From Trypanosoma brucei (taxonomy: Eukaryota), in contig CM000207.1 in the NCBI GenBank assembly GCA_000002445.1, positions 96,001 to 160,000 on the forward strand: a DNA stretch of 64,000 nucleotides, in the 5' to 3' direction. Position 1 is the first letter of the stretch, and the number at the start of each line of letters is the position of its first letter. Shown here in pieces: positions 26,613-39,579 of this stretch. The translations under genes were made by a program, and so were the position numbers. The notes beneath the pieces were generated by a model. That model was given only the letters and a program-made list of their open reading frames with translations. It did no database searches and was not told the DNA's origin.

Positions 26613-26784
26613 TTTTCGATAAAAATGTGCAAAACAGTGAAAAAATATAAAATATAAAATGGTTTAAAATGTGCATGATAGTGGACTATTCGCGCAGAGT
26701 CGTTGGATGAAACAGTATGGAATAAGTACTATTTTAATTTGGTTTATTCTGCTTATTATAAGGAAATTAGTTACGGTTATCTTC

Positions 26785-26935
26785 ATGATAATAATAATAA
26801 TAGGAGAGAGTTGTGAGTGTGTATATATATTAAAATTATAATAAGAGCAGTAATAATAATGATAATAATAATAATGATAATAATAGGATAGTGTTGTAAG
26901 TGTGTGTATACGAATATTATAATAAGGTGATGGTG
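26785..26935 (+). repeat. 70-bp repeats, 2 tandem copies
   Basis: gataataataataataggagagagttgtgagtgtgtatatatattaaaattataataagagcagtaataataatgataataataataatgataataataggatagtgttgtaagtgtgtgtatacgaatattataataagg. Confidence 0.9.
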
Positions 26936-28594
26936 AAAACTAAATGCACGGCCAAAATAAAATTACTTAAAACAATTCCAAAGGTGTAATGGGAGTAAAT
27001 AAGTTGGTATGAGGGTTATCATGAGAGGAAGTGAGAGAGATTATGAAGTGTTTTATTGAAATAAATGAAGTAATATAATGATAAGAAAGTAGAATATGCA
27101 CAGTTTCAAACACATATATAGTGATGGTCATCATCATACACAAGAAAACTAATTTTACAGTGAGGAAAGACAATGTATAGTGTAAAACCGATGTGCACTC
27201 GCTCCGTTATACGGAAAAGCAGTATTAGACAGAGAAGGACTAATGCAGAGTGACGTAACGGTGTGTGAGAAAGCATAGTAAAGAAGAAAGTATGATAGAT
27301 ATCACTGATGATGCACCGTATGTTACAAAGAAATGTATAAAAACAAGCGCAGCATTGGTTGAGGCTTTTATTTAATGTGATGACAGATTATTATATCCGG
27401 CTGTAAGAATACATAACAAAGAAAATAAAAAATGCAGGCGGAAGGAATTGGCTAAGTGCAAAGTAATGTTAATATCTTTTCACAAAATGTAGTAATACGC
27501 CATAACATTTGTAGGAAGCGCTATAATGCCTTCTGCAGAAAATTTTTAAAACTATAAGTAATAATGGGTCACTGTGGATCGCAAGAACATGAAAATGCGG
27601 AAACTGTTTAAAATAGCACACAAATGAACATTAATGGAATTTTATAAAGAAAATATCAGGAGCGAGGCTCTACAAATTTTATACTTATACAGAGATGTGA
27701 TATTAAATGCATTAAATGACCGTAAAATTCAACTAAGAGTTATTGCAGCTCTGAGGTTGCCGTGCTAACTCAAAAGACCTCAGCCGAAACATAGACAGTC
27801 AGCGATAACCCGCTGGCCAAACCAACAGACCAACTGGTGTAGAATATACCAGGATATAAACGAGTGATAACGGAACACTGAGGTTCATGACAAGCAGAAA
27901 CACTACTTTGTTAGTGTAAGAAATAGTAAGACATTGCGGCTATCGCCAGGAAACACCCAATGCAAAGCATAAATTTTAAATGTCTTAGACCTGCTGACGC
28001 ATACTGTGTTTTCAAGATTTTCGTGTCTTAATTCGATACAGAGATGGGAATCAGGAAAGGTACAGATAGACAAAAATTGGAATTAAAAACGCAACACTTT
28101 CAAAAGAAAAATATTATTTAATGGTGATCAGGTGGTTGGATGGCGAAACTTAATTTTTCAAAAGCTTAACATATTAAGTAAATAACCAATTACAGTGATA
28201 ATTTATATATTTGAGAACGTCTATTGCCTTTTGGAATTATACTTCATTTGTATACCTAATCCCTTGTTTATTTTTTTAATTAGAACATTTGATATGTTAT
28301 ATTTTTTCAGATAGATATAAAGCAACCAAAACAACAGCTGCTGTTTTATCGAAGCAGCTGCATAAAACACAGGAGCAAGCTGGGCAAAAACTTAAACCAC
28401 TTGAATCTACTTGTACGACATAAGGTATGACGCGACGGCACACGACCCAAACCAAGATAGACTGACATGCACGCCGTCGGCGTTCCTGATGCACATGACG
28501 CTGGCGAAAATACAGCATCACTCACTTCCTCTATTTATCAGCTTTTTAACACAACACCTTTTAAACCTTTGATGTCAAAAAGCAAGCGTCTCAA

Positions 28595-30247
28595 ATGTCG
28601 GTTTATAAAGCATGGTCAATCCTTCTTCTTCTAAGCACTTTGAGACAGAGCGAATCATGGCACAACACGGCTCAGAAAGTAGAAAACGCGTGCCATGCGG
28701 CTTCCGACTTCAGAACATTGTACGGTGCGATCAAAGGCAAAATAGTGCAACTATCACAAGCGCAGCGAACAACCGACAAAGATTTGGCAAAGTTAACGTT
28801 GGCAGCAGCGGTACAGACAGCCAAAGGTGAAACGATTCTGACACCAGTGCTAGCAGCAGCCATAGCAAAGTCTCAGAACAACGCTCAGCAAATCACAAAC
28901 CAACTGGCGGAAGCAATAACAGCGGCGACGAAACTAGCCGAAATTGCAGGGATGCAAGAACTAGTGCAAGACACGGCTTCGCTGAAGATACCGCAAAAAG
29001 CCGACGCAACCACGCTCGGAAGTTGGCCACCACTAAACGGCTTTCCGATCAGAGCGACAGCAGACGCAACCAGCAGCCCCGAATGTATCCAAGCCAAACA
29101 CTCAACGCGCACTGACAACAGCAACCCTCCTTCCAGCACAAACGGAACGGTAATAACAGTTTACCACTACAAACCGAAAGCGGACGATGACACCACTACA
29201 GCAGGACCACGACTATGCGGAAAAGGAGGCAGCTTTACAGCGCCAACAACATGCGATGATGCAACCGCAGGCGGGACAACAAACATGATGATTCTAGAGG
29301 GCTCACTAGGGACACTGCAAGCAACTAAATTCGAGCGGGACAAAGCCGGCGCGGACGAGTACACAGCAGCGGCAACGGTGGCCGGTGGCATACTGCCAAC
29401 ACAAGCGAGCATCACAGACAAACTAAAGGGCGTCAAAGCAGCAGAAATAGCTCTGCAAGCACTCACCATTGACGGCAACAACATAAAGACCAAAACAGAT
29501 ACAGGAAGCCCGGTTTTCACAGCGACGCTCCTAAGAACCGTAGTCAGAAGTCAATCAGACAAACCGACAGCGGCCGCAAACAACAAACTAGTCTACCAAT
29601 ACGACGCAGGAGGCGCAAACACCTGCAGCACTGCCAACAAGGACGGATACATAAACTACAAATACCAATTGGAAGAACCGGCATGGGCATAACTTGGCTA
29701 CAAACACTTAAGGCTGCGATCGCTGACATTTCTAACCACGAACAGAGAGACCGCGCAATAGAAGATCTAAAAAAGGTGGTTTGACAGGCCACACAGAACA
29801 CGCTGGTAGCGTATAAGTAAGCTCAAGCTATAGCCGCGCTAAAAGACGCCACCAACCAAAAACTGGCAGAAAAACAACTGGAAGCTGTACATCAGGCAAA
29901 ATGCAAGTCTCCAGCAGCAAAAAAAGAAGAATCTCCAGACTAACTGTGTCTTTAATGCTACCTCAAATAAATGAAAAGCTAAAGCATAAGCAGAAAGCAC
30001 AACAGAAATAGGAGGGTCAGATGGGAAAAATAAGTATGACAAGACATGTGCTGATTTGAAGACAAAGAAGGTATATGAGATGTCTGACGGTCACAAACAA
30101 GCATGAAAAAACAAATTTTGTGGTTGGATAGGAGAGGATGCCGGCAGAGGTGGTAAAGGTTTTAAATACCGCACTTCCAGTTTTTTCTTCAACAAGAAAT
30201 TTGCTCTAATGTCTGTTGATTTTGTGAATTTTTGTTTCATATTATGA
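28595..30247 (+). pseudogene. VSG: VSG pseudogene. The N-terminal domain ORF is intact for 365 codons. The C-terminal domain and tail are in shifted frames with stops.
   Basis: MSVYKAWSILLLLSTLRQSES.. ORF 28595-29692. Downstream ..KNKFCGWIGEDAGRGGKGFKYRTSSFFFNKKFALMSVDFVNFCFIL* ends at 30247. 16-mer-like aatatattttaacac at 30345-30359. Confidence 0.8.
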
Positions 30248-30544
30248 TTCTATAGTTCTAATAATTTTTTTCAGTTTATAGAATTTTATGACTTTCCTAA
30301 AATCTGTCATTTTGGGACAATTTGCTGAAACGTTTTAAAGATTAAATATATTTTAACACTTTTTGATGAATTTAATAAATTACCGAAATTTTCCTAAAAG
30401 AAAAATATAGTAAAATGCGTGTAAAAGTGACATATGGATTTACAACAGAAAGATGATAGGGTATTCAAAGTGAGTTACATTCTGAAAAATTGTAATTTGT
30501 TTTATTTTGCTTATTTTGTGGAAAATAGTTAGGATAATAATAAC

Positions 30545-30700
30545 TATTATTTTTGGAAAAAGTGCTGTTAGTATGCATATACTAATATTATAGTAATAAT
30601 AATAATAATAGTAATAGTAATAATAATAATAATCATGATAATAATAATAATAGAAGTGTGGTGTGAGTGTGTATATACGAATATTATAATGAGAGTTGTA
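30545..30700 (+). repeat. 70-bp repeats, about 2 copies
   Basis: agtatgcatatactaatattatagtaataataataataatagtaatagtaataataataataatcatgataataataataatagaagtgtggtgtgagtgtgtatatacgaatattataatgag. Confidence 0.9.
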
Positions 30701-32258
30701 GCAGACACAGAATAAACGGAGGGAAGAGAGGCACTCGAAACAATAAAAGTTTTGAATAGGGGGCGTAAGTGAGAGAGAATATGGTATAATTGTCGAAGGT
30801 AAAGCACAATCACGACAGTGGGCATCATAATACACATAAAGATGATTGGAAGTGGGAAAATAATGGGGATAAAATGCCCAGCGTATTGTTTTAATTCTGT
30901 AGTTACATTTATCTGGGCCAGGCGCTACATATGTAAATCATCTAAAGCACTACTACTAATGTTCTCTTGATAACAATTTGAAGTATGCATTATTTCCACT
31001 CAAAGAAACATCATGGAAAAACAGCAAACTAATATTGACAATTATGTTTATAAATAATAACTAATGACACGAAAAGTGTAACTATCTGCCTAATTAACGT
31101 AGCTGATATAGAAGCCTCACTACCAGAAACTAATGATTGCCACAAAGCGTGAAAAAAGTGACGAATTGACCAGCACGTTTACAACCTACCAGAAAGCGGA
31201 AAGGCACATTAAAGGAACAAAGTTAAAGAAAAGATAACAGTGTTATGCGGCATATAATATAGAAGAAGTGGGCATCATGGTTAATATCCAGAAGAGTTGG
31301 AGTTGTTATTTGATAAACTCTAGATTTTCATTTTATTTCTAGAATAGATCATGTAAATGTGTGAAAAGGGTGTATAAGTGGCATATGTAGTATATATAAG
31401 ACGGGGTGACTGATGAGTAGAAAATTTCAATCTATTTTGTAGAAAACAATAGTAAATAACAGTCATTTGAAATGCTACTTCACCCCCTTGACACCATTGT
31501 GTGTAAAAATGTTTAAAAGAAGTCGACACGTACCATCACAGGCCATATACAATTTGCTCAACTGAAAGAAGTATTTTAAAAGAAGCAACACTAATACCTC
31601 CTTCTTAATGCTCAGATTATACATGTACAAAGCAAAGAATAAAACATATAAAATATGAACCTGAATTAGCAGCGCCACTAGGAAACGCAATTGAAGCGAG
31701 AGATATGACCGGAAGGCTCAACGTACCAGAGAGGTTCAAAAGAAGGCCATATTCTACACAAAAGTGGCTTGATGCGACAGAGGAGCTGGTGGCTGCAGTA
31801 GTTTTGTAACCCGATGGCAGCACACAGTGTTACAAAGTAACGCTAAGAGGTTGTCGATTTGTTTATTTTGTTTTTCTGGTAGTAGAAAATGGAAAAAATA
31901 GAAGAAAGGAGAAAGGTAAGTCCAAGTATCCTAACAAATTAAAAAATAGAAGTTGCGGTTTAACTAATGCCACACCGCACTCGGTCCAACCTTAGTGCAA
32001 CAAAAACAGTGCCTAAATTCTCTGTCAGCGCTTGCTTTCCGTTCGCCACCGGTGGCGGCAGATACGAAGCTGGTAAGGCTTCCCCTACCGAACCAACACA
32101 GTGGCCAGTATAAGCACAATCCGGCGCAGCGACGCTAAATATACGTCATTATACGCCACAGGCGGCCACACCAGAAGTTTCAGAATGGGAAAAGCAATAA
32201 ATTACTTCTGTTCCTCTACATCTTTTGCTCACAGCAGGAAGCACAAACATAGGACAGT

Positions 32259-33697
32259 ATGATCTTAACGACGAAGAGAAAACTGGAACCAATTTCAAAA
32301 GCAATTAAAGTAAAAAATATTCAGTGGGCGACAGCCGCGTCGCTCTTAAGTCTAGCTATCCTAGAAGCGAAAGCAGAATACAAAGTGTGTTCAACGCCGT
32401 GCTCCTGCGCCACACGGCTGGAGGAAGCAGTAGCTCATTACTCGCAGAAGCTAAGCAGCAATATAAACGGCCACAAAGAACAAGTGGCTGACTATACCCG
32501 CCTACTGATTTCAGCACTAAGTGACAACATAGAGCTAGCGAGAAAGGTGCGGGTAGTACTTGCAGCGGCGGGGCAAACAATAGAAGAATGTGAGCAAGAG
32601 GTGTGAACCGGGAAGCAGCCACTAACTGAAGGCCTGAAACTGTTCCACAACGCCTCGGCGAAACTGAGGACCCTCGCAAAACGCCTAAGCGTTAAACACA
32701 GACTGAAGATCTCAGCAAACTCCGGCCACGGACGGTTTACGCAATCAAGCTTTGAACAGACACCAGTCACGACAGAGCAACCTTTGGCTTGTCAAACCGC
32801 CGAGGACAAAGCCGAAACCGCATTCGACCCTGACCAAAACGATGACAAAAATAATGTAAAGGAATTCGCAAAGCACGACCATATCACTGTAACCTGCCAA
32901 ACAACATCAGCGTCGGGCACGAACTGCCAAGGTGAGACCCCTCAAACAGGTGGAGACTACATTGAGTTTGCGTTTCACGAAGCCATCAGCGCAGACACAA
33001 CCAAAGGCGTCACTGGGTGGAGCTCACCTAACGGAGGTGATGATGTCGTATTTTCTAAAGAGGTAAACATAACTAAAGGAACAAAAGAACAAAGCAGCCG
33101 AGCTCTAAACCTTCTGAAATCATCCATAACGCCGACAGCATGCGCAGTAGGTCTACAGGATTTCAATTCCATGGCCAGTAAACAAGCATTTAGGCGGCAA
33201 GCCATTCGAACCTTCCTCGCGAACCCAGATAACGAACAGAGTGAACCAACCGATGCTCAGAAACTGCAGGAAGCATTGGATACAGCTTATGGAAAAGAAG
33301 GAGACTTCAAAACCAAGTTCTGGCAAGCTGTCGAGCAGACTAAAGCAGCTGTCACCAAAAACAAGCAAAGAATCGACGTCGACATCAAGCCAAGTATATC
33401 GATGGCGTTGCTAACTGAAGCCCTGAGCAGGCGGCTAGGTGAAATGACCGCCAAAAAAAAGAAAAGTCCAGAGGCGCCAGTTGAGGGGGAAGCAGCACAA
33501 GAGACAGCCAAACCAGAAGATAAGAAAGGCGGGGATAATAAAGCTGCAACTGCAAATTGCACCAGCCATTCAACGGAAGATGCCTACACAAAAGGACAGA
33601 ATTGCAAACTGGAAAATAAGCTTGCAAATATTCCTCTATTCTAGCAAACAAGAAATTCACTCTGATGGTTTCTGCTTCTTTGGCCTTGCTGTTTTAA
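32259..33697 (+). pseudogene. VSG: VSG pseudogene with frameshifts. The GPI tail is intact in a third frame.
   Basis: ORFs 32259-32606 and 32784-33644 (..CTSHSTEDAYTKGQNCKLENK). Tail ANKKFTLMVSASLALLF* ends at 33697. 16-mer catatattttaacac at 33731-33744. Confidence 0.8.
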
Positions 33698-33699
33698 TT

Positions 33700-34100
33700 A
33701 CCCTCTTTTTTAAAAGAATTTTGCTGTTTCATATATTTTAACACCTAAATTACCTGAAAAATAATTAATTTTTTTGTCTGCCTGTAGGTGTATTTTTTTG
33801 ACTGAAATTTCTCTTTTTTTTCCAGCTCTTTTTTTAAATATTTTTAGGTTTAAATTTTTTAGGTGTTTTTTTAAGATTTTTGATATTTTATCGATTTTTG
33901 AATATTTGTATTCGAGCTATTAGTTTAATTTTTTTTAGTTTTTTTTCATTTTTCCAAATTTTTTAGCTTGATTATTATTTGAATTTTTTTAATTTTTACG
34001 GTTATAAATTTATTGTTATTTTTTAGTTTTTTTGTGTTTTTTCTGAAAGTTTGTTTAAAGTGGAGTTCAAATTAAAATAAAAAAGAAGGAAAGAAGAAAT
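33700..34100 (+). repeat. T-rich low-complexity tract (ttttt(a/g)n motifs) downstream of the VSG
   Basis: Read directly: tttttttgtctgcctgtaggtgtatttttttgactgaaatttctcttttttttccagctctttttttaaatatttttagg... Confidence 0.8.
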
Positions 34101-34102
34101 TC

Positions 34103-34135
34103 GGTTTATTATGGTTATGGTTAGGGTTAGGGTTT
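34103..34135 (+). repeat. Interstitial telomere-like repeat (degenerate TTAGGG, about 4 units)
   Basis: ggttatggttagggttagggttttt. Confidence 0.8.
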
Positions 34136-34215
34136 TTAAGTTTTGGGGGTATTTTTTAATTCTCTTTTTTTAAAATTAGGGTTTTGTGTTTTAATTCGCC
34201 ATTTTTTAATTGTAA

Positions 34216-34500
34216 GTGATGCAGCGGCTTTTTTACGTCAATCCTAATCATTTTTCTACCAGAAGACAACTTTTATTCATATTTTTCACCTGCAGCGCCG
34301 CAAGATTTGTTACTTTCTTTTTGCTTTTGTGAATTTCAGCTCTGCGTTTTGCGCTTCGCGCGGCCTTTAAAATTTAAAAAAAACGTTGGGGCTTGGCCTA
34401 TAGCGCTGCGCGCCGCTTTTCTTTTTACGCTTCAATGAGGACTTTGGCTGCGCGAAACGACTTGCTTTTCAAGAGACGCTAACAAACAAAACTTAATATT
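34216..34500 (+). repeat. Conserved ~290-bp unit, copy A (gtgatgcagcggc...ttgcttttgtgaattt.agctctgcg.tttg...gcgcgaaacga.ttgcttttcaagag...aatatttgg)
   Basis: Aligns by eye with 42387-42600 and 43102-43385. All three copies follow a TTAGGG-like tract. Confidence 0.75.
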
Positions 34501-34769
34501 TGGAAGTGGAACAATATGGAGTTCGGAAGATAAAGCCAGCCGAAATAACAGTCTGTACCGGTCGTGGCGCGGCACAGCAACCTAGCCAAAGCAAGCGGAA
34601 GCGGCAAGCGGTTAACTCCAGCGTCAGCAGGGCAATGCAGGTACGTCGCCATTCCCCAACAGATCCGGCAGCGCCAGTCAAGGATTTTAATGCAGGACCC
34701 ATAATCCCTACTGGCATAAATCCACTGCAAAAACCAACTAAGAAACACAGAAGTAGAGGAAAAGAATAA

Positions 34770-35090
34770 ATGCAAAACTCCAGCAAACAAAACAGCAGAA
34801 GGGTGTGCGGCCATTGACTATTACTATGATGAAACTAACAAAGAATACAAGACAAAACCAGGAAAAGAAAACACATCAACAGGAACAGGAAAGACAAGTA
34901 CCGGAGTAGACTGCAATAAACACCAAACACAGCGAGCCTGTGAAGCGGAAAACAAGGATGTAAAACCGGGTCAGAAAGCAGTATCTGGATGTATTGAGGA
35001 TAAGTGCAAAGATTTATTTTTTCTCTTCAGTAAGAATTTTGCTCTGATGGCTGCTTCTTTTGTGAGCTTGGTACTATTCAAGGATTTTGA
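34770..35090 (+). pseudogene. VSG: Orphan VSG C-terminal domain and GPI tail fragment (no N-terminal domain)
   Basis: ..TAEGCAAIDYYYDETNKEYKTKPGKENTSTGTGKTSTGVDCNKHQTQRACEAENKDVKPGQKAVSGCIEDKCKDLFFLFSKNFALMAASFVSLVLF with one stop. 16-mer tgatatatttcaacac at 35120-35135. Confidence 0.75.
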
Positions 35091-35289
35091 ATTTTTAAAT
35101 TTGTTATTTTGAGAGAATTTGATATATTTCAACACCTCCTGATGATAATGTGCAAATTTTAAAAACACAAAATTATAAAATTATGGTTTCAAATTGTCCA
35201 TGGTTGTATCGTACTAATTTTATAAGAATATTAAAAGATTTATAGTGTAATTTGCTTTATTTTTCTTGTTTTATGAACGTTAGTTAGGG

Positions 35290-35440
35290 TTATAATAGTG
35301 ATAGTAAGGTGAAAGATAAGAGTAAGTTGTTAGTGTGCATATACTAATAATATACTAAGAGCAGTAATTATGATTAAAGTAATCATAATCATAATAATCA
35401 TAATTGTGTGTGCTGTGAGTGTATGATAATAATATAAGTG
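35290..35440 (+). repeat. 70-bp repeats (about 2 degenerate copies)
   Basis: gtgcatatactaataatatactaagagcagtaattatgattaaagtaatcataatcataataatcataattgtgtgtgctgtgagtgtatgataataatataag. Confidence 0.8.
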
Positions 35441-36384
35441 ATGAACACAAATTGAATGCTCCAAATAATAGCACTTGAAGCGATAGCAAGGGTTTAATGA
35501 AGTAAGTGGGAAAAGTAGTGTGAGAGTGAGTGCTTGGGAGAGAAAGAGAACAAGAGGAACATTATGAAAGATAATGGAGAATAATTTTTTTAAAAAATGA
35601 AAATGAAAGATAAGTAGCTTACAATAAATACAAAACAATGTTCGTCTTTATACACAAGAAGATTATCGGGGAACAATATGAAAGAGACAAAATAGAGCGC
35701 AATGACCAACTATGGTCACCCCATAAGCTGCCGCGCACACACCACAGAAATTTGTGATGTATCAGTATTAGTAGGAGAAGATTGTGGCCAACATGTCACT
35801 GAAGATCTACAGATTTAGCAACACAAATTGTGATAACAGCAATAGTAACATTAGTTTAAAAGACACGATGATGGGACTTTCATGACAAAACAGGGTGGTT
35901 GATTAATTATTACAGGAAACTGGTAATATTCATAGAACATTTAAAATAATCAGTACAACTAGCTACTTCCATTCATATAACTATGCATAGAGGTAAATTT
36001 GAAGATTGTTAAACAGCAGTGGAATTCCTCTAGCATCTACTGAACCAGATTATACTAAAACTGATACTAAAACAAAAAGTTAGAGATGTATGATTAAAGA
36101 GGTGTTTCAGACACTGATAATACGTCATTTAACAACGAAATAATAACAATATTAATGTATTGTTATGTAAAACCAGTAGTGACTCAACATATTTTTTTCT
36201 TTTATTTGTTATGATTTTCTTATAACATTCTCAAATTTTTTAAGTAAATTAAGTCATTAAATTTGGTGTTTTGGAAAATTTACTATTACCATTTATATTA
36301 CATAAAGTGTTTCACAGTGCAAAAACATTTCCGGAAAAACAGGAAAATATAGAATAGGGTCAACATGGGAAGCCCAGAGTCTTT

Positions 36385-37120
36385 GTGATTGTCGTTCAAA
36401 TAATGCAACTCAAGAATGGTGTAGGCTCATATTGAGTGACAAACTAAGTAATGTTGACATAATTACAATTGCGACAGAAGGTTTGTATAACCATATTAAA
36501 AGATCTGGATAGGTTGTACAATATTGATAAAGGCATAATGCAAGTGATGAGGACAATGTTATTCATTTGGATGGGCCTGATGCTATTGTTAGTGATGGAA
36601 ATAAATATGAGAATGCTGTGGAATATTTGATACAAAATACTGCAGAAAATGAAGATAGGGTTGGTGAATAGGATATTTACAAAGAGCATGTGGAGAGATT
36701 GTTATTAGTTTTTTAATGTTGGTTACAGAAAAGAAGAGGATAATAAATTACTTTATTTACTAAAATCACCTCTTAGTAGAAAAAGCTTATCTTAGTGGCG
36801 GTGGTTTGATAGCAAGAGTTTGGGCATTTAAGAAATTTGAATATGCATTTGGAGAATTATTAAAGGGAAGTGGGGAGTGGTGGTCAGAGCAGAGTATTTA
36901 CAAACCATTGCTAATATGGAGTGCAAGTGAGGAAGAAACTGTAGGACAGAGATTTGTTTTGAGAAGTGGAATGATTGGGTTATATGATGAAGCGAGATTT
37001 TTTTCTATTCAATATGGTCAAAAAATTGGAGAAGCTTTATTCATTCCACTTTTATCCTCCATTGATTGCATGGAAGAATGAGGCGAAGTTGATTGTGAAA
37101 AATATCTGTTGATGTAAAGA
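36385..37120 (+). pseudogene. Copy 2 of the dispersed GT31/Fringe-like relic element
   Basis: ASDEDNVIHLDGPDAIVSD... and GYRKEEDNKLLYLLKSPLSRKSLS / GGGLIARVWAFKKFEYAFGELLKGSGEWW (ORF 36806-37081). Best-preserved copy. Confidence 0.5.
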
Positions 37121-37813
37121 ATTGGAAGGAAGGAAATTTAGTACAAGAGATTTGGGGGAACTTCAAACATACAAGATCGATAGCGAGAAATGTTATTTAG
37201 AATTTGTGGAGATTTGTTGTGAAGTGTTTAAAGCAAGGAATATTTTTAAAGCTCAAAAACAGTAAAATTAAAATTCTGAGTCAGCTCAGGGCTTGCAGGT
37301 GCACAGACTCTCAAGGATATTTTTTTATTAAAATACAATACCTACTTTTATCCAGACTATGTTAAAAACGGAAACGCGGGCACCGACAGAAGATTAGGCT
37401 GGCTTCACTACAGAAAACTACAAAAGCAATGACATCAGAAAAGTTCTCGGTTTTGACGACTTTCGCCTTTGGGATTCAATTGCGAAAACAGCAAGCACTG
37501 GCTAGAAAATAGAAGTCAGCTAGAACTGAACCTACGGCTAAGCACGACAGCGCAACACCAACCAATGCTTAGCGATACGAAAAACATTCGGCGGCAAAAT
37601 AACAGTTCAGCGAGGTGTAGTTGTCTATAAAACAATCTTTCGCCAAAGGGCTGGGACTTACTTTAAGAAAAAAAACAAGTAAATACATACAGAGCAACTG
37701 TCAAAAACTTTAAACCGCTTTCAAAGGGCTGGAGACCTCACCCTCATCGCCGGCCAACAAACCTTAAAATACAAGCACCACCACCAGACACCCTTTCACT
37801 AACATAACAGAAA

Positions 37814-39334
37814 ATGAAAGCCAGACAAATAATTACTCACCTGGCGGTGCTGTTGCTATTAGTGACCCCGCAGGCACGGGCAGCGGCACCGGCAGATGGC
37901 GACAACTTAGCGACGCTGGCGTACTTGTGCCCCGCCCTTCAGCTAGCGGACGGCGACATAACATTGCACCCCGAACAAAGCAATCTAGATGGCAGCCTAC
38001 AAGACCTGCTAGCGCTAAACATGTCACTAGCAGACGCCGCCTGGGCAGCTCAATTCAAGGCCTCACCGCCAGGTGCAACGCCAGTAGCAGCAACCGAGCA
38101 GCAGCAGAAGCAACAAGCCGGCACGCCAGAACAAATTGCTGCCTGGACTGCCGCCAAGGCCAATGTAGATAACACCGCCAAATTCAAAGATGTACTCGCA
38201 AAATACGGTTACACTCAAGAAAACGCGTCAAAGCTAATTCCTTTGAAAGGACCAATCGCACAGTACGCTGACGCGGCGTTCGGCATACAACAAGCGACAA
38301 AGACAAGCGAAAAAGACGACAAAACAGATTCAGACCTCAAAGCTTTGATAAAAACAGCAATCTACGGCCATGACGGCGGCTACGACGCCACAAAAAAGGA
38401 AGAAATGGGGCTACAAGGGACACAAAACCGGGAAAACCACTGTACAGCACAAAGTAACAGCAACCCAATTCAAACGATTTCGACTATGGTCGCTTGTCTG
38501 TGTGCCGTAAAGGACGACATGGTGTCGGGAAAAGCACCGTGCGGGCCGCACGCAGACGCAACGCTAAAATGGCAAGCTGACGGGCCGCCACAGACGCCAC
38601 TATGGCCGAAGATCCGCTCTATCTGCCCAAAAGCCGACGGCGGAACTGTAACAGCCGACAGAATAGCAGCAGCAATAGCAGCAGCAAAGATGGCTTTCTT
38701 CAGCAAAGGCAACGATCTTTATGTCGGCAAGTTCGACATGGCCGGCTGCGACGGCAGCAACAATGGTGCCTGTATAAAGTACACAGACCAGGCGTCGAAC
38801 TCAGTACCCAGCTTCAAGCAGGCCGCATGGATAGACAAACTTGAAACTGTAGAGACATCATTGCGAACGCGCCAGCAGAACCAGGACATCCAAAAGCAGG
38901 CGCAGACAAAAATAGAAACGCTCAAGCAGCTGGTCAAAGCAGCCGCCAAACACGCAGAAAAACTTACAGCGCCAACGACGCAGCACCATAGCAACCCAAA
39001 ACTAGCCACCACAAACGACAAAAATAGCCAAGCTCAGAAAACAGCAGATTGCTCAAAACTTGAAAAAGCGGAGTGCAAGCCCGATGTGGGATGCAGATAT
39101 AACGAAACAACTAACAAATGCGAAGAAGATCCAAAAAGTCCAGTTGTGCAGGCAAACAAAGAAGCTAAAGGAGGAGCAACAAACTCTGAAGGTAAGAATT
39201 ACTCTGGCAAGAAAACTGAGGGCGAATGTAAAGATAGCTGCAAATGGGATGGAAAAGAATGCAAAGATTCCATTTTCCTTTTCCGTAAAAAATTTTTCCT
39301 GATTGTTTTTGCATTTTTGGTCTTGCTGTTTTAA
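37814..39334 (+). CDS. VSG: VSG, intact (506 aa, B-type) with a canonical C-terminal domain and GPI signal
   Basis: ATG 37814 verified. Signal peptide MKARQIITHLAVLLLLVTPQARAAAP. ..NMSLADAAWAAQFK.. C-terminal domain CSKLEKAECKPDVGCRYNETTNKCEEDPKS...ECKDSCKWDGKECKDSIFLFRKKFFLIVFAFLVLLF*. 16-mer aatatattttaacac at 39399-39413. Confidence 0.9.
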   Translation: MKARQIITHLAVLLLLVTPQARAAAPADGDNLATLAYLCPALQLADGDITLHPEQSNLDGSLQDLLALNMSLADAAWAAQFKASPPGATPVAATEQQQKQQAGTPEQIAAWTAAKANVDNTAKFKDVLAKYGYTQENASKLIPLKGPIAQYADAAFGIQQATKTSEKDDKTDSDLKALIKTAIYGHDGGYDATKKEEMGLQGTQNRENHCTAQSNSNPIQTISTMVACLCAVKDDMVSGKAPCGPHADATLKWQADGPPQTPLWPKIRSICPKADGGTVTADRIAAAIAAAKMAFFSKGNDLYVGKFDMAGCDGSNNGACIKYTDQASNSVPSFKQAAWIDKLETVETSLRTRQQNQDIQKQAQTKIETLKQLVKAAAKHAEKLTAPTTQHHSNPKLATTNDKNSQAQKTADCSKLEKAECKPDVGCRYNETTNKCEEDPKSPVVQANKEAKGGATNSEGKNYSGKKTEGECKDSCKWDGKECKDSIFLFRKKFFLIVFAFLVLLF

Positions 39335-39579
39335 CATTTTAAAACTTACAATGGTTTTTGTTTATTTTTGTGAAACTTATGTTACTTTCTAAAATTTAAT
39401 ATATTTTAACACTCTTTATCAAGAATTTGCAAATTATTGTCTCTTTTTGAAAATATAAAAAATGTTTACAAACGTTTCAAATAGAAATAAAGTAGAGGTG
39501 TAATAGGGTATAAAAATGGGTGATATTCTAATTTGTTTATTCAGTTATTTTTTGATTTTATTAAATGGATATTTACTAT

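Noticed and set aside
34103..34135. TTAGGG repeats as a true chromosome end
   Set aside because: Each tract has only about 4-6 units, and unique sequence continues on both sides.
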